From: an uncultured Actinomycetes bacterium
Lineage (GTDB): Bacteria > Actinomycetota > Actinomycetes > Mycobacteriales > Nakamurellaceae
NCBI GenBank assembly: GCA_964497705.1
Contig: CAZCEH010000010.1
Span: 61,757 to 85,756 of the forward strand
Reading direction: 5' to 3'
DNA length: 24,000 nucleotides
Part shown: one piece after another, positions 15,810 through 23,968 of the stretch
Layout of the letters: each line of letters begins with the position of its first letter
Numbering within the stretch: position 1 is the stretch's first letter
Position numbers and translations under genes: made by a program
Notes under the pieces: model-generated
What the model saw: the letters and a program-made list of their open reading frames with translations, nothing else
Databases searched by the model: none
Told to the model about the DNA's origin: nothing

Positions 15810-16772
15810 CTAGGCCGTGAGCACGAGCTTGCCCGGGCTGCCTTCCTCCAGGTCGCGCAGCGCCTGCGCACCCTGCGCCATCGGGTAGGTGCGATCCACC
15901 ACCGGTTCGAGCCCGGTGGCGTCACACAGGGCGATGAGCCGGCGCAGCTCGTCGAGGGTGCCCATGGTCGAGCCGATCACCGAGATCTGCAGGAAGAATA
16001 GCCGCTGCAGGTCGGCGGACGGGTCGTAGCCGCTGGTGGCGCCGCAGCAGACGATCACGCCGCCGGGCCGCACGGCCCGCATCGAGTGCGCCCAGGTCTG
16101 CTTGCCGACGGACTCGAACACGCCGTCCACCCGTTCCGGCAGCCGGGCGCCCGTGTCGAACACGTCGTGCGCGCCGAGACCGGCGGCCCGGGCCCGGCCC
16201 GCTTCGCTGCGCGAGGTGGCCCACACCCGCATGCCCAACGCGCGGCCCAGTTGGATCAACGCGGTCGACACCCCACCGGTGGCGCCCTGGACCAGGATCG
16301 TGGACCCACCGGGCAGGCCGCTGCGGGTGGCCACCATCCGGTACGCGGTCAGGTAGGTCGTGCCCAGCACGGCGGCGGTCTCGTAGGTCAGCGACGCCGG
16401 CAGCGGCAGCAGGTTCCGGCTCGGCACGGCGACGTACTCGGCGAACGTGCCCTGGTACTTCTCGGTCAGCAGCGTGCGCCCGGGATCGGCCGTCTCGTCC
16501 CCGGCCCACCCGGGCTGGCCGATGACCGGGTACAGCACCACGTTCCGGCCGTCGTCGGTCACCCCGGCGCCGTCGCAGCCCAGGATCATCGGGAACCGGT
16601 CCGGCGTGATGCCGACTCCGCGCAGGGTCCACAGGTCGTGCCGGTTCAGCGAGGCGGCGCGCACCCGGACGCGGGACCAGCCGTCGGGGACGACCGGCTC
16701 CGGCCGCTCCCCGACGACGACCCCGGCCAGCGGATCGTCGGCGTGCGGTGCGTCGGCGTACACGGCGAGCAT
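15810..16772 (-). CDS. Zinc-type alcohol dehydrogenase / NADPH:quinone oxidoreductase family (MDR superfamily), 320 aa
   Basis: This is the C-terminal 320 aa of track ORF 15810..16985. It reads MLAVYAD...RVRVRAASLNRHDLWTLRG...ILGCDGAG...TFAEYVAVP...LTAYRMV...ILVQGATGGVSTALIQLGRALG (Rossmann GxxGxxG variant). The start is ATG 16772. Confidence 0.85.
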   Translation of the reverse strand: MLAVYADAPHADDPLAGVVVGERPEPVVPDGWSRVRVRAASLNRHDLWTLRGVGITPDRFPMILGCDGAGVTDDGRNVVLYPVIGQPGWAGDETADPGRTLLTEKYQGTFAEYVAVPSRNLLPLPASLTYETAAVLGTTYLTAYRMVATRSGLPGGSTILVQGATGGVSTALIQLGRALGMRVWATSRSEAGRARAAGLGAHDVFDTGARLPERVDGVFESVGKQTWAHSMRAVRPGGVIVCCGATSGYDPSADLQRLFFLQISVIGSTMGTLDELRRLIALCDATGLEPVVDRTYPMAQGAQALRDLEEGSPGKLVLTA

Positions 16773-16823
16773 GACGCTCACCGTAGTGCCGGGCCGTGGG
16801 CTCTCGCTGCGTACCCTGCAGGC

Positions 16824-17045
16824 ATGTGGCAGGCCGTGCTCGACGTCGTCGACGCGGTCGAATCGTGGGTCGCCGGCCAGTCGTACTGGGTGCAGGTGGT
16901 GCTGCTGCTGGCCGTGCTCGGGCCGCTGTGCTACCTGCTCGCCGGGCTGATCGACCGCGGGGTGGACGCCGTGCTGGCCTGGCATTCGCGGCGGGAGACG
17001 AACCCGGCCGGCGAGCGGGTCACGGCCGCCGGTGACCGGAGATGA
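16824..17045 (+). CDS. Small hypothetical membrane protein, 73 aa
   Basis: This is the in-frame tail of the artefactual track ORF 16086..17045. From ATG 16824 it reads MWQAVLDVVDAVESWVAGQSYWVQVVLLLAVLGPLCYLLAGLIDRGVDAVLAWHSRRETNPAGERVTAAGDRR. Nearly every codon ends in G or C, which is coding-like for this genome. There is one TM helix. The stop overlaps the next small ORF's ATG as ATGA. Confidence 0.45.
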   Translation: MWQAVLDVVDAVESWVAGQSYWVQVVLLLAVLGPLCYLLAGLIDRGVDAVLAWHSRRETNPAGERVTAAGDRR

Positions 17046-17140
17046 GTCGCAGACCGCTGCCGGAGGTGTCCCGCCGGTGGATGACGCTGGCGCTGGTCGC
17101 GCTCATCCTGGTGGCGATCCTGGTGGCGGTGCTGCGCTGA
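17042..17140 (+). CDS. Very small hypothetical membrane peptide, 32 aa
   Basis: Not in the ORF track because it is too short. My translation is MSRRPLPEVSRRWMTLALVALILVAILVAVLR: a positively charged N-terminus followed by a single TM helix. GC3 is high. It is coupled to the preceding ORF by ATGA and lies 49 nt upstream of hemW. Confidence 0.35.
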   Translation: MSRRPLPEVSRRWMTLALVALILVAILVAVLR

Positions 17141-17189
17141 ACCGGGTGGGCGGCGTGCCGCCGTCCCGCGGTGGGCGACACTGGCAGTC

Positions 17190-18407
17190 GTGCCGTCCAC
17201 GCTCCCCGACGGCGACCCGGTGCCGCCGGACGGGTCGCTGCCCGACCAGGCCTACCTGGGCGCGGCCCGTCGCACGCTGTCCTTTTACGTGCACGTGCCG
17301 TTCTGCGCGACCCGGTGCGGCTACTGCGACTTCAACACCTACACCGCCGGCGAGCTGGGTTCGGCGGCCTCGCCGCAGTCCTGGCTGGACGCGGCGCTCG
17401 CCGAGATCGACCTGGCCGCGGGCGTACTGGGCGCGGACCGGCCGGTGTCCACGGTGTTCTTCGGCGGCGGTACCCCCTCGCTGGTCGGCGCCGAGCCGCT
17501 GACCCGGATCCTGCGCGCGCTCGACGAACGGTTCGGCCTGGCCGCCGGCGCCGAGGTGACCACCGAGGCCAACCCGGAGTCCACCGACCCCGGCCTCCTG
17601 CACCGCCTGCGAGAAGCCGGTTTCACCCGGCTGTCCCTGGGCCTGCAGTCCACATCGCCCCGGGTGCTGCGGGTGCTGGAGCGGACCCACACGCCGGGCC
17701 GGGCCCTGGACGTGGTCGGCTGGGCCCGGTCGGCCGGGTTCGAGCACGTGAACCTCGACCTGATCTACGGCACCCCCGGCGAGACCGACGCCGAGTTCGC
17801 CGGCTCGCTGCGCGCCGTCGTCGCCGCCGGCGTCGACCACGTCTCGGCGTACTCGCTGATCGTCGAGCCGGGCACCCGGCTGGCCCGCCGGGTCCGCGAC
17901 GGCGCCCTGGCGATGCCCGACGACGACCTGCTGGCCGACCGGTACCTGCTGGCCGACCACCTGCTGGGCGAGGCCGGATTCCACTGGTACGAGGTGTCGA
18001 ACTGGGCGCGCAGCGAGGCGGGCCGGTGCCGGCACAACCTGGCCTACTGGACCGGGCAGGACTGGTGGGGCATCGGCCCCGGCGCGCACTCCCACGTGGG
18101 TGGGGTGCGGTGGTGGAACGTGAAGCATCCGGCCGCCTACGGTCGGCGGCTGGCGGCCGGCCGCAGCCCTGGGCACGCCCGCGAGGTCCTCGGCGACGAG
18201 GCCCGGCACCTGGAGGACGTCCTGCTACGGCTGCGGCTGGTGGACGGGCTGCCGCTGGGCATGCTGACCGCCGCCGGACGCGATGCCGCGACCAACGCCG
18301 CGACGGACGGATCGCTCGACCCGGACGACCTGGCCGCCGGGCGGGCGGTGCTCACCACGCGCGGCCGGCTGCTGGCCGACGGGATCGCGGTCAGCCTGGC
18401 CGGGTGA
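17190..18407 (+). CDS. hemW: Radical SAM heme chaperone HemW (HemN-like, oxygen-independent coproporphyrinogen oxidase family)
   Basis: FYVHVPFCATRCGYCDFNTY contains the CxxxCxxC radical-SAM cluster motif. GGGTPS, RLSLGLQS and NLDLIYGTPGET follow. It lies downstream of lepA, as is conserved in actinobacteria. The start is GTG 17190. Confidence 0.9.
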   Translation: MPSTLPDGDPVPPDGSLPDQAYLGAARRTLSFYVHVPFCATRCGYCDFNTYTAGELGSAASPQSWLDAALAEIDLAAGVLGADRPVSTVFFGGGTPSLVGAEPLTRILRALDERFGLAAGAEVTTEANPESTDPGLLHRLREAGFTRLSLGLQSTSPRVLRVLERTHTPGRALDVVGWARSAGFEHVNLDLIYGTPGETDAEFAGSLRAVVAAGVDHVSAYSLIVEPGTRLARRVRDGALAMPDDDLLADRYLLADHLLGEAGFHWYEVSNWARSEAGRCRHNLAYWTGQDWWGIGPGAHSHVGGVRWWNVKHPAAYGRRLAAGRSPGHAREVLGDEARHLEDVLLRLRLVDGLPLGMLTAAGRDAATNAATDGSLDPDDLAAGRAVLTTRGRLLADGIAVSLAG

Positions 18408-18759
18408 CCGCCGCACCGTGGTCGCCGGCGCCCGCACCCTGGACGACGCCGCCGGTGACGGGCGGGACGTCGAGGTCGAGCACCCGCACGTGGATCACCG
18501 TCCGCTGCTGCAACGCCGAGCGCAGCGCCCGGTGCAGGCCGTCCTCCAGGTACAGCTGCCCCTGCCACTGCACCGCGTGCGGGAACAGGTCCCCGTAGAA
18601 GGTGGACGCCTCGTCCAGCAACGCGTCCAGCCGCAGCTCACGCTTGGTGGTGATGAGTTCGTCCAGCCGGACCTTGCGGGGCGGGATCCGCGCCCAGTCC
18701 CGGGTCGACAGGCCGTGCTCCGGATAGGGTCGTCCCTCGCGAACATCTTTGAAGATCAT
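18391..18759 (-). CDS. Small conserved hypothetical protein with a ParB-N/sulfiredoxin-like signature, 122 aa
   Basis: Track ORF with ATG 18759 and GGAGG about 10 nt upstream. VRLDELITTKRELRLDAL followed by LYLEDGLHRALRSALQQRTVIHVRVL resembles the ParB N-terminal fold (the L..L.pTQ... and DGhHR motifs). The low-complexity C-terminal tail overlaps the hemW 3' end by 17 nt. Confidence 0.6.
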   Translation of the reverse strand: MIFKDVREGRPYPEHGLSTRDWARIPPRKVRLDELITTKRELRLDALLDEASTFYGDLFPHAVQWQGQLYLEDGLHRALRSALQQRTVIHVRVLDLDVPPVTGGVVQGAGAGDHGAAVTRPG

Positions 18760-18896
18760 CGATGGGGGCCTCCACTGCCCGGCACATGCTCACCCATCAG
18801 GTTAGCCGCCGGTCGTCACCGGGTGATGACGTGTGCGGCGCACCGGGTGGTGGGCCCGCCCGCGCGGCGGCCCGATGCCGATGCGGACGACTACAC

Positions 18897-18923
18897 TTGG
18901 CAGCCGAGTGGTAGGAGTGCCAA
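18897..18923. promoter_or_regulatory. CIRCE-like HrcA operator upstream of hrcA
   Basis: TTGGCAGCC-N9-GAGTGCCAA compares with the CIRCE consensus TTAGCACTC-N9-GAGTGCTAA. The right arm is a good high-GC variant. The left arm matches the reverse complement of the right arm at 7 of 9 positions. The element ends 18 nt before the hrcA ATG, and a TACACT -10-like hexamer (18892-18897) abuts it. Confidence 0.6.
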
Positions 18924-18941
18924 ACCGGTCGGGAGGTGATC

Positions 18942-19964
18942 ATGTCGGCCGACGACAGGCGGTTCCAGGTGCTGCGGGCGATCGTGTCCGACTACGTCGC
19001 CACCCATGAACCGGTCGGCTCCAAGTCGCTGGTGGAGCGCCACCAACTCGGCGTGTCCCCGGCGACCATCCGCAACGACATGGCGGTGCTGGAGGACGAG
19101 GGCTACATCGCGCAGCCGCACACCTCGGCCGGCCGGATCCCGACGGACAAGGGCTACCGGCTCTTCGTGGACCGGTTGTCGCAGGTCAAGCCGTTGTCGG
19201 CGGGGGAGAGGCGGGCCATCCAGGCGTTTCTGTCGGAAGCCGTGGACCTCGAGGACGTGTTGCGCCGCTCGGTTCGGCTGCTGGCCCAGCTGACCCGGCA
19301 GGTGGCCTTCGTCCAGTACCCCACGCTGTCCAGATCGTCGGTCCGGCACGTGGAGGTGGTCGCGCTCGACCGGCGCCGGATGCTGCTGGTGGTGATCACC
19401 GACACCGGCCGGGTCGAGCAGCGGCTGGTCGAGTTGGACGACGACGTCACCGACGAGGGACTGCTCGCGCTGCGGTCGCTGTTCAGCACGCACGTGGTGG
19501 GCCGGCGGCTGGCCGAGGCGGCCAGCGCGATCACCGCCACCGCGACGAGCGTGGATCCGGCCGTGCGCAGCGTCGTGGTGCCGTCGGTCCACGTGCTGCT
19601 GGACGCGCTCGTCGAGCATCCGGAGGAGCGGCTGGTGCTGTCCGGCACCTCGCACGCGACCGGCGCCTGGGCCGACCAGCCGGCCACCCTGCGGGGGGTG
19701 CTGGAGGCGCTGGACGAGCAGGTCACGCTGCTCAAGCTGCTCGCCGCCCTGCAGACACCGGACGCGGTGGTGGTGTCGATCGGCAGCGAGAACGACGACG
19801 CGAACCTGTCGACGACGGCGCTGGTGTCCGCCGGTTACGGCCGCGGACAGACCCTGATGGGCGGACTGGCCGTGGTCGGCCCGACCCGGATGGACTATCC
19901 GGGCACGATGGCCGCCGTCCGGGCGGTCGCCCGATACGTCGGGGAGATCGTCGCCGGGCGGTGA
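18942..19964 (+). CDS. hrcA: Heat-inducible transcription repressor HrcA
   Basis: [77 protein letters not shown] is the canonical HrcA winged-helix N-terminus. GGGAGG lies 5 nt upstream of ATG 18942. The track start, GTG 18936, lies within or next to the RBS. Confidence 0.93.
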   Translation: MSADDRRFQVLRAIVSDYVATHEPVGSKSLVERHQLGVSPATIRNDMAVLEDEGYIAQPHTSAGRIPTDKGYRLFVDRLSQVKPLSAGERRAIQAFLSEAVDLEDVLRRSVRLLAQLTRQVAFVQYPTLSRSSVRHVEVVALDRRRMLLVVITDTGRVEQRLVELDDDVTDEGLLALRSLFSTHVVGRRLAEAASAITATATSVDPAVRSVVVPSVHVLLDALVEHPEERLVLSGTSHATGAWADQPATLRGVLEALDEQVTLLKLLAALQTPDAVVVSIGSENDDANLSTTALVSAGYGRGQTLMGGLAVVGPTRMDYPGTMAAVRAVARYVGEIVAGR

Positions 19965-20065
19965 CCGCCCGACAGCCCTGTCGGCGGGCTGGTCAGCGGG
20001 TGTGCAATACAGCAACGAACTCGCCGCAGGAGCGGTGCGGGCTCCGGCCCGCGGGAAGGCAACTG

Positions 20066-21223
20066 GTGCAGAGGGTGGCTCGGGACTATTACGGCCTGCT
20101 GGGCGTGGCCAAGGGCGCGTCGCAGGATGAGATCAAGCGCGCCTACCGGAAGCTGGCCCGGGAACTGCATCCCGACGTCAACCCGGACCCGGCCGCCCAG
20201 CAGCGCTTCAAGGACGTCACCGCGGCCTACGAGGTGCTGTCCGACCCGGCCAAGCGGCAGGTCGTCGACCTCGGCGGGGACCCGCTGGGCGGCGGCGGCA
20301 ACGGGCCCGGCGCCGCCGGCATGGGCGACCCGTTCGGCGGCATGGGCCTGGGCGACATCATGGACGCCTTCTTCGGCGGCGGCGCCACCCGGTCCCGCGG
20401 CCCGCGTTCCCGGGTGCGGCAGGGTGAGGACGCGCTGATCCCGGTCGCGCTGACGCTGGAGGAGTGCGCGACCGGCGTCGCCAAGGACCTGGCCGTGGAC
20501 ACCGCCACGCTGTGCACGTCCTGCCACGGCTCCGGGTGCGCGGCGGGCACCCGCCCGGCGACCTGCGACATGTGCAAGGGCTCCGGCGAGGTCCAGCAGA
20601 TCCAGCGGTCCCTGCTGGGCCAGGTGGTCACCTCCCGGCCCTGCCCGGTCTGCCGCGGCTTCGGCGAGGTCATCCCGGACCCGTGCCGGCAGTGCAACGG
20701 CGAGGGCCGGGTGCGGACCCGCCGGACCGTCCGCGCGAACATCCCGGCCGGTGTCGGCGACGGCATCCGGGTGCGGCTGGCCGGCCAGGGCGAGGTCGGC
20801 CCGGGCGGCGGCGCCCCCGGCGACCTGTACGTCGAGGTGCAGGAGCAGCCGCACGAGCGGTTCACCCGAGACGGCATCGACCTGCTCTGCACGGTGCACG
20901 TGCCGATGACGGCGGCCGCGCTGGGCACCTCGATGGCCCTGCAGACGCTGCACGGGGTGGAGGATCTGGACATCCAGCCGGGCACCCAGTCCGGCACGGT
21001 GATCACCCTGCGCGGGCAGGGCATGCCCCGGCTGCGCGGCTCCGGGATGGGCAACCTGCACGTGCACATCGAGGTGGTCACCCCGATGCGGATCGACTCG
21101 CGGCAGGTGGAGCTGCTGCGCGAGTTGGCGACGCTGCGCGGCGAGGAGCAGCCGGAGCTGGCGGCCCGCGCGCACAACGGCGGGTTCTTCTCGCGGATCC
21201 GTGACTCGTTCGCCGGGCGCTGA
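20066..21223 (+). CDS. dnaJ: Chaperone DnaJ (DnaJ2 type, in the hrcA operon)
   Basis: The J-domain is [34 protein letters not shown], followed by a G/F-rich region and four CxxCxGxG zinc-finger repeats ([32 protein letters not shown]). I chose GTG 20066 as the start because GGGAAGG lies 6 nt upstream. GTG 20075 (VARDYY) is an alternative. The track start at 19961 adds a non-DnaJ extension with low GC3. Confidence 0.93.
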   Translation: MQRVARDYYGLLGVAKGASQDEIKRAYRKLARELHPDVNPDPAAQQRFKDVTAAYEVLSDPAKRQVVDLGGDPLGGGGNGPGAAGMGDPFGGMGLGDIMDAFFGGGATRSRGPRSRVRQGEDALIPVALTLEECATGVAKDLAVDTATLCTSCHGSGCAAGTRPATCDMCKGSGEVQQIQRSLLGQVVTSRPCPVCRGFGEVIPDPCRQCNGEGRVRTRRTVRANIPAGVGDGIRVRLAGQGEVGPGGGAPGDLYVEVQEQPHERFTRDGIDLLCTVHVPMTAAALGTSMALQTLHGVEDLDIQPGTQSGTVITLRGQGMPRLRGSGMGNLHVHIEVVTPMRIDSRQVELLRELATLRGEEQPELAARAHNGGFFSRIRDSFAGR

Positions 21224-21980
21224 GCTGCCGAGCCTCCCGCCCGGATCCCGGGGCGAACCCTTCTTCCTGGTCGACACGCTGCCCGCGCCCGGATCGTTCG
21301 TGCTGGACGGTCCCGAGGGCCGGCACGCGGCCGCGGTCCGCCGGCTGCGGGTGGGGGAGCCGCTGGTGCTCGCCGACGGCGCGGGCCGGCTCGCGCCGGC
21401 CACCGTCACCGCCGGTGGTCGCTCCGACCTCGCGCTGGACGTGGGGCCGGCCGTGCTGGTGGCCCCGCCCCCGGTCCGGGTGGTGCTGGTGCAGGCCCTG
21501 CCGAAGGGCGAGCGGGGCGAACTGGCCGTGGAACTGGCCACCGAGGCCGGGGTGGACGTGATCGTCCCGTGGGCGGCGCGGCGGTGCGTGGCCCGCTGGC
21601 GCACCGCCGATCAGGTCGACCGGGGCCGGCGGCGCTGGCGGGCCACCGCCCGCGAGGCCGCCAAGCAGTCCCGCCGCGCTCGGGTGCCCGACGTCCGCGA
21701 CCTGGCGACCACGGCCGACGTCGGCGCTCTGGTGGCGGCCGCGACCACGCTGGTGCTGCACGAGTCGGCGACCACGCCGCTGGCCACGGCCGCCCTGCCC
21801 CGCTCCGGCGACGTGGTACTGATTGTCGGTCCGGAAGGGGGACTGACCGAGGAGGAGCTCACCGTGTTCGACTCGGCGGGCGCGACCGCCGTGCGGCTGG
21901 GTCCTCAGGTGCTGCGCACCTCGACCGCCGCGGCGGTCGCCCTCGGTGCCCTGGGTGTGCTCACCGGCAGGTGGACATGA
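21201..21980 (+). CDS. rsmE: 16S rRNA (uracil1498-N3)-methyltransferase RsmE
   Basis: PFFLVD...[26 protein letters not shown]...[21 protein letters not shown]...[14 protein letters not shown]...[13 protein letters not shown] matches the RsmE PUA and SPOUT motifs. It sits downstream of dnaJ, the conserved position. The only canonical start is GTG 21201, which overlaps the dnaJ end by 23 nt. Confidence 0.85.
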   Translation: MTRSPGAELPSLPPGSRGEPFFLVDTLPAPGSFVLDGPEGRHAAAVRRLRVGEPLVLADGAGRLAPATVTAGGRSDLALDVGPAVLVAPPPVRVVLVQALPKGERGELAVELATEAGVDVIVPWAARRCVARWRTADQVDRGRRRWRATAREAAKQSRRARVPDVRDLATTADVGALVAAATTLVLHESATTPLATAALPRSGDVVLIVGPEGGLTEEELTVFDSAGATAVRLGPQVLRTSTAAAVALGALGVLTGRWT

Positions 21981-22765
21981 GGGTCGACATCCGCGACTAC
22001 GAGTACGGTCCGCACCCCAGCCAACGGATCCGGATGTTCCTGCCCTCCGGCCGGTACCTGACCGTGGTGGTCGTCATCCACGGCGGCTACTGGCGTTCCC
22101 TGTACGGCATGGAACTGGCCGAGCCACTGGGCTACGACCTGACCCGGTTCGGGGTGGCGGCCGCGGTCATCGAATACCGGCGGGTCGGCGAGGGCGGCGG
22201 TTGGCCGACCACGCTGGCCGACGTGTCCAGGGCCGTCGACTCGCTGGCCGGACCCGGCCAGCAGGTCGCCGACGGTCGGCTGGCCCTGGACCGGGTCGCC
22301 GCCGTCGGGCACTCGGCCGGCGGGCACCTGGCCGCCTGGCTGGCGCACCGAGGGTCGCTGCGCGCCGGCACCGCCGGATCGGTCGGACCCGGCGAGGCGC
22401 ACGTGCCGATCGTCGGCGCGGTGGCCCAGGCGGGCCTGCTGGACCTGGTCGGAGCCTCGGTGGAACGGCTCGGCAACGGCGCGGTGACCGCGCTGATGGA
22501 GGGTGAGGCCCGGTCCATGCCGCAGCGGTACCACCACGCGTCACCGATCGCCCACGTCGGCGACCGGGCCCGGGTGGTGTGCGTGCACGGCGAGATCGAC
22601 GACACCGTGCCGCTGTCCCAGTCCGAGCGGTACGTGGAGGCCGCGGTACGGGCCGGCGATCCGGCGTCGTTGATCGTGCTGCCCGGCACCGGGCACTTCG
22701 AGCTGATCGACGTGCGGCATCCGGCCTGGGACGTGTGCCGCAGCCAGGTGCTGCGGATGGTCTGA
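21977..22765 (+). CDS. Alpha/beta hydrolase (esterase / arylformamidase-like), 262 aa
   Basis: This is the in-frame tail of track ORF 21569..22765. From ATG 21977 it reads [21 protein letters not shown]. The oxyanion motif VIHGGYW, the nucleophile elbow GHSAGGH, the later VHGEIDDTVP (Asp) and PGTGHFE (His) are all present. Its ATG overlaps the rsmE TGA as ATGA. Confidence 0.8.
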   Translation: MRVDIRDYEYGPHPSQRIRMFLPSGRYLTVVVVIHGGYWRSLYGMELAEPLGYDLTRFGVAAAVIEYRRVGEGGGWPTTLADVSRAVDSLAGPGQQVADGRLALDRVAAVGHSAGGHLAAWLAHRGSLRAGTAGSVGPGEAHVPIVGAVAQAGLLDLVGASVERLGNGAVTALMEGEARSMPQRYHHASPIAHVGDRARVVCVHGEIDDTVPLSQSERYVEAAVRAGDPASLIVLPGTGHFELIDVRHPAWDVCRSQVLRMV

Positions 22766-22777
22766 CGGTTCGGCCGG

Positions 22778-23968
22778 TCAGTCCAGGGTGACCTGCAGCA
22801 GCCAGCCGCCATCCGCGGTCGGACCCCACGACGTCGACCCGCCGAGTCCGGCCGCCCGGTCCCGCATCCCGGCCAGCCCGCCACCGGTGCCGACGGTCGC
22901 CGGCCCCGCGGCGACCGGCGGGCCGTTCCGCACGGTCAGGGCGAGTCCGCGCCGGCAGTCCAGGCAGACCGTCACCTCGCTGCCGGGCGCGTGCCGCAGC
23001 GCGTTGGTCACCGCTTCCTGAAGCGCGCGCAGGCCCACCGCCGCGCGGGCGGGGTCGAGGACCTCCGGATCGCCCCGGACGTCCAGCGACACGGTCGTCC
23101 CGGTCTCCGCCGCCCGCCTGACCAGCGCCTCGAGCGACTCCCGGCGCAGCGGACCGCGGGCGGGCCGGTGCGGTTCCAGCACCGTCACCAACGCATCGAG
23201 GTCGGCCGTCGCCTCCGTCGCGGACTCGACGATCGCGTCGAACGTGCTGGTGACGGCGGCCGGGTCGGTGTCGGCCTGCTGCTGGCCGGCTCGGGCCTGG
23301 ATCACGATCACGGTCATGCAGTGCGCGATCACGTCGTGCAGTTCCCGGGCGATCCGGGCCCGCTCGAGCCGCACCGCCTCGGCCGCGAATCGTTGTTGTT
23401 CGGCGGCCAACTCCCGCGCGCGCGATCGCAGCCGCACGGTCACCTGCTCCTGGTGACGCAGCGTGCGCCCGACCAGCCACCAGCCTGCGCCGAGCACCAT
23501 CGGCACGTCCAGGCCCGTCCCCCACAGGATGGCCAGCAGTACGCCGGCCATCCAGGCCACGGACCGGCCCGGCGGTAGCTGCCGGCCGACGGCGCAGCTC
23601 ACCCAGCACACGCCGAGGTACAGGGCGATGCCGGCGACCGATGCCCACGAGTCCGCGCCGTCCAACATCGCGCTCGCCGGGGCGATCAGGAAGGCCATGG
23701 TGACGGCGAGGACGCCGGCCGCCCATTCGACGGCCACCGGGGAGAGCCCGACGGCGGCCGCGACCAGCACCGGTCCGGCCAGGACGAGCCACCCCTCGGT
23801 GCCGGCCGGCCGAGCTCCGACGGCGAACAACGCGGTGATGGGCAGGAGCGCGGTCACCGCCGCCGCGACGAGCACGACCGGCCAGGTGATCGTGCGGTCG
23901 ACGTCGTCGCGGTCTCGCCGACGCGAGGCCGCTGCCAGGTCGACGGCGGGCGCCGCCGCGCGGGTCAC
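22778..23968 (-). CDS. Sensor histidine kinase, HisKA_3 / NarL-partner class, with a multi-TM N-terminus
   Basis: Track ORF of 396 aa with GTG start 23968. About 5 TM helices are followed by the H-box ERARIARELHDVIAHCMTVIVIQA, the N-box LQEAVTNALRHA, and the G-box GGGLAGMRDRAAGLGG. No response-regulator gene lies next to it within the window. Confidence 0.85.
   Translation of the reverse strand: MTRAAAPAVDLAAASRRRDRDDVDRTITWPVVLVAAAVTALLPITALFAVGARPAGTEGWLVLAGPVLVAAAVGLSPVAVEWAAGVLAVTMAFLIAPASAMLDGADSWASVAGIALYLGVCWVSCAVGRQLPPGRSVAWMAGVLLAILWGTGLDVPMVLGAGWWLVGRTLRHQEQVTVRLRSRARELAAEQQRFAAEAVRLERARIARELHDVIAHCMTVIVIQARAGQQQADTDPAAVTSTFDAIVESATEATADLDALVTVLEPHRPARGPLRRESLEALVRRAAETGTTVSLDVRGDPEVLDPARAAVGLRALQEAVTNALRHAPGSEVTVCLDCRRGLALTVRNGPPVAAGPATVGTGGGLAGMRDRAAGLGGSTSWGPTADGGWLLQVTLD

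Noticed and set aside
13529-15925. 798-aa minus-strand ORF and 693-aa plus-strand ORF (13732..15813) over the sensor-module/MFS region
   Set aside because: Both are extremely Arg/Gly/Pro/Asp-rich with no motifs. They overlap the strongly hydrophobic, motif-bearing MFS frame (14566..15807) and the membrane protein at 13880..14563. They are off-frame artefacts.
19965-19988. Small hairpin just after the hrcA stop as an intra-operon terminator
   Set aside because: It has only a 6-bp stem (ccgaca/tgtcgg) with a 4-nt loop and an internal mismatch beyond it. This is too weak to call, and hrcA-dnaJ are normally co-transcribed.
19961-20065. 38-codon N-terminal extension of dnaJ starting at a GTG that overlaps the hrcA stop (GTGA)
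   Set aside because: J-domains begin at the extreme N-terminus. The extension has many A/T-ending codons, unlike the surrounding genes, and a GGGAAGG RBS precedes GTG 20066. The GTGA overlap is probably fortuitous.
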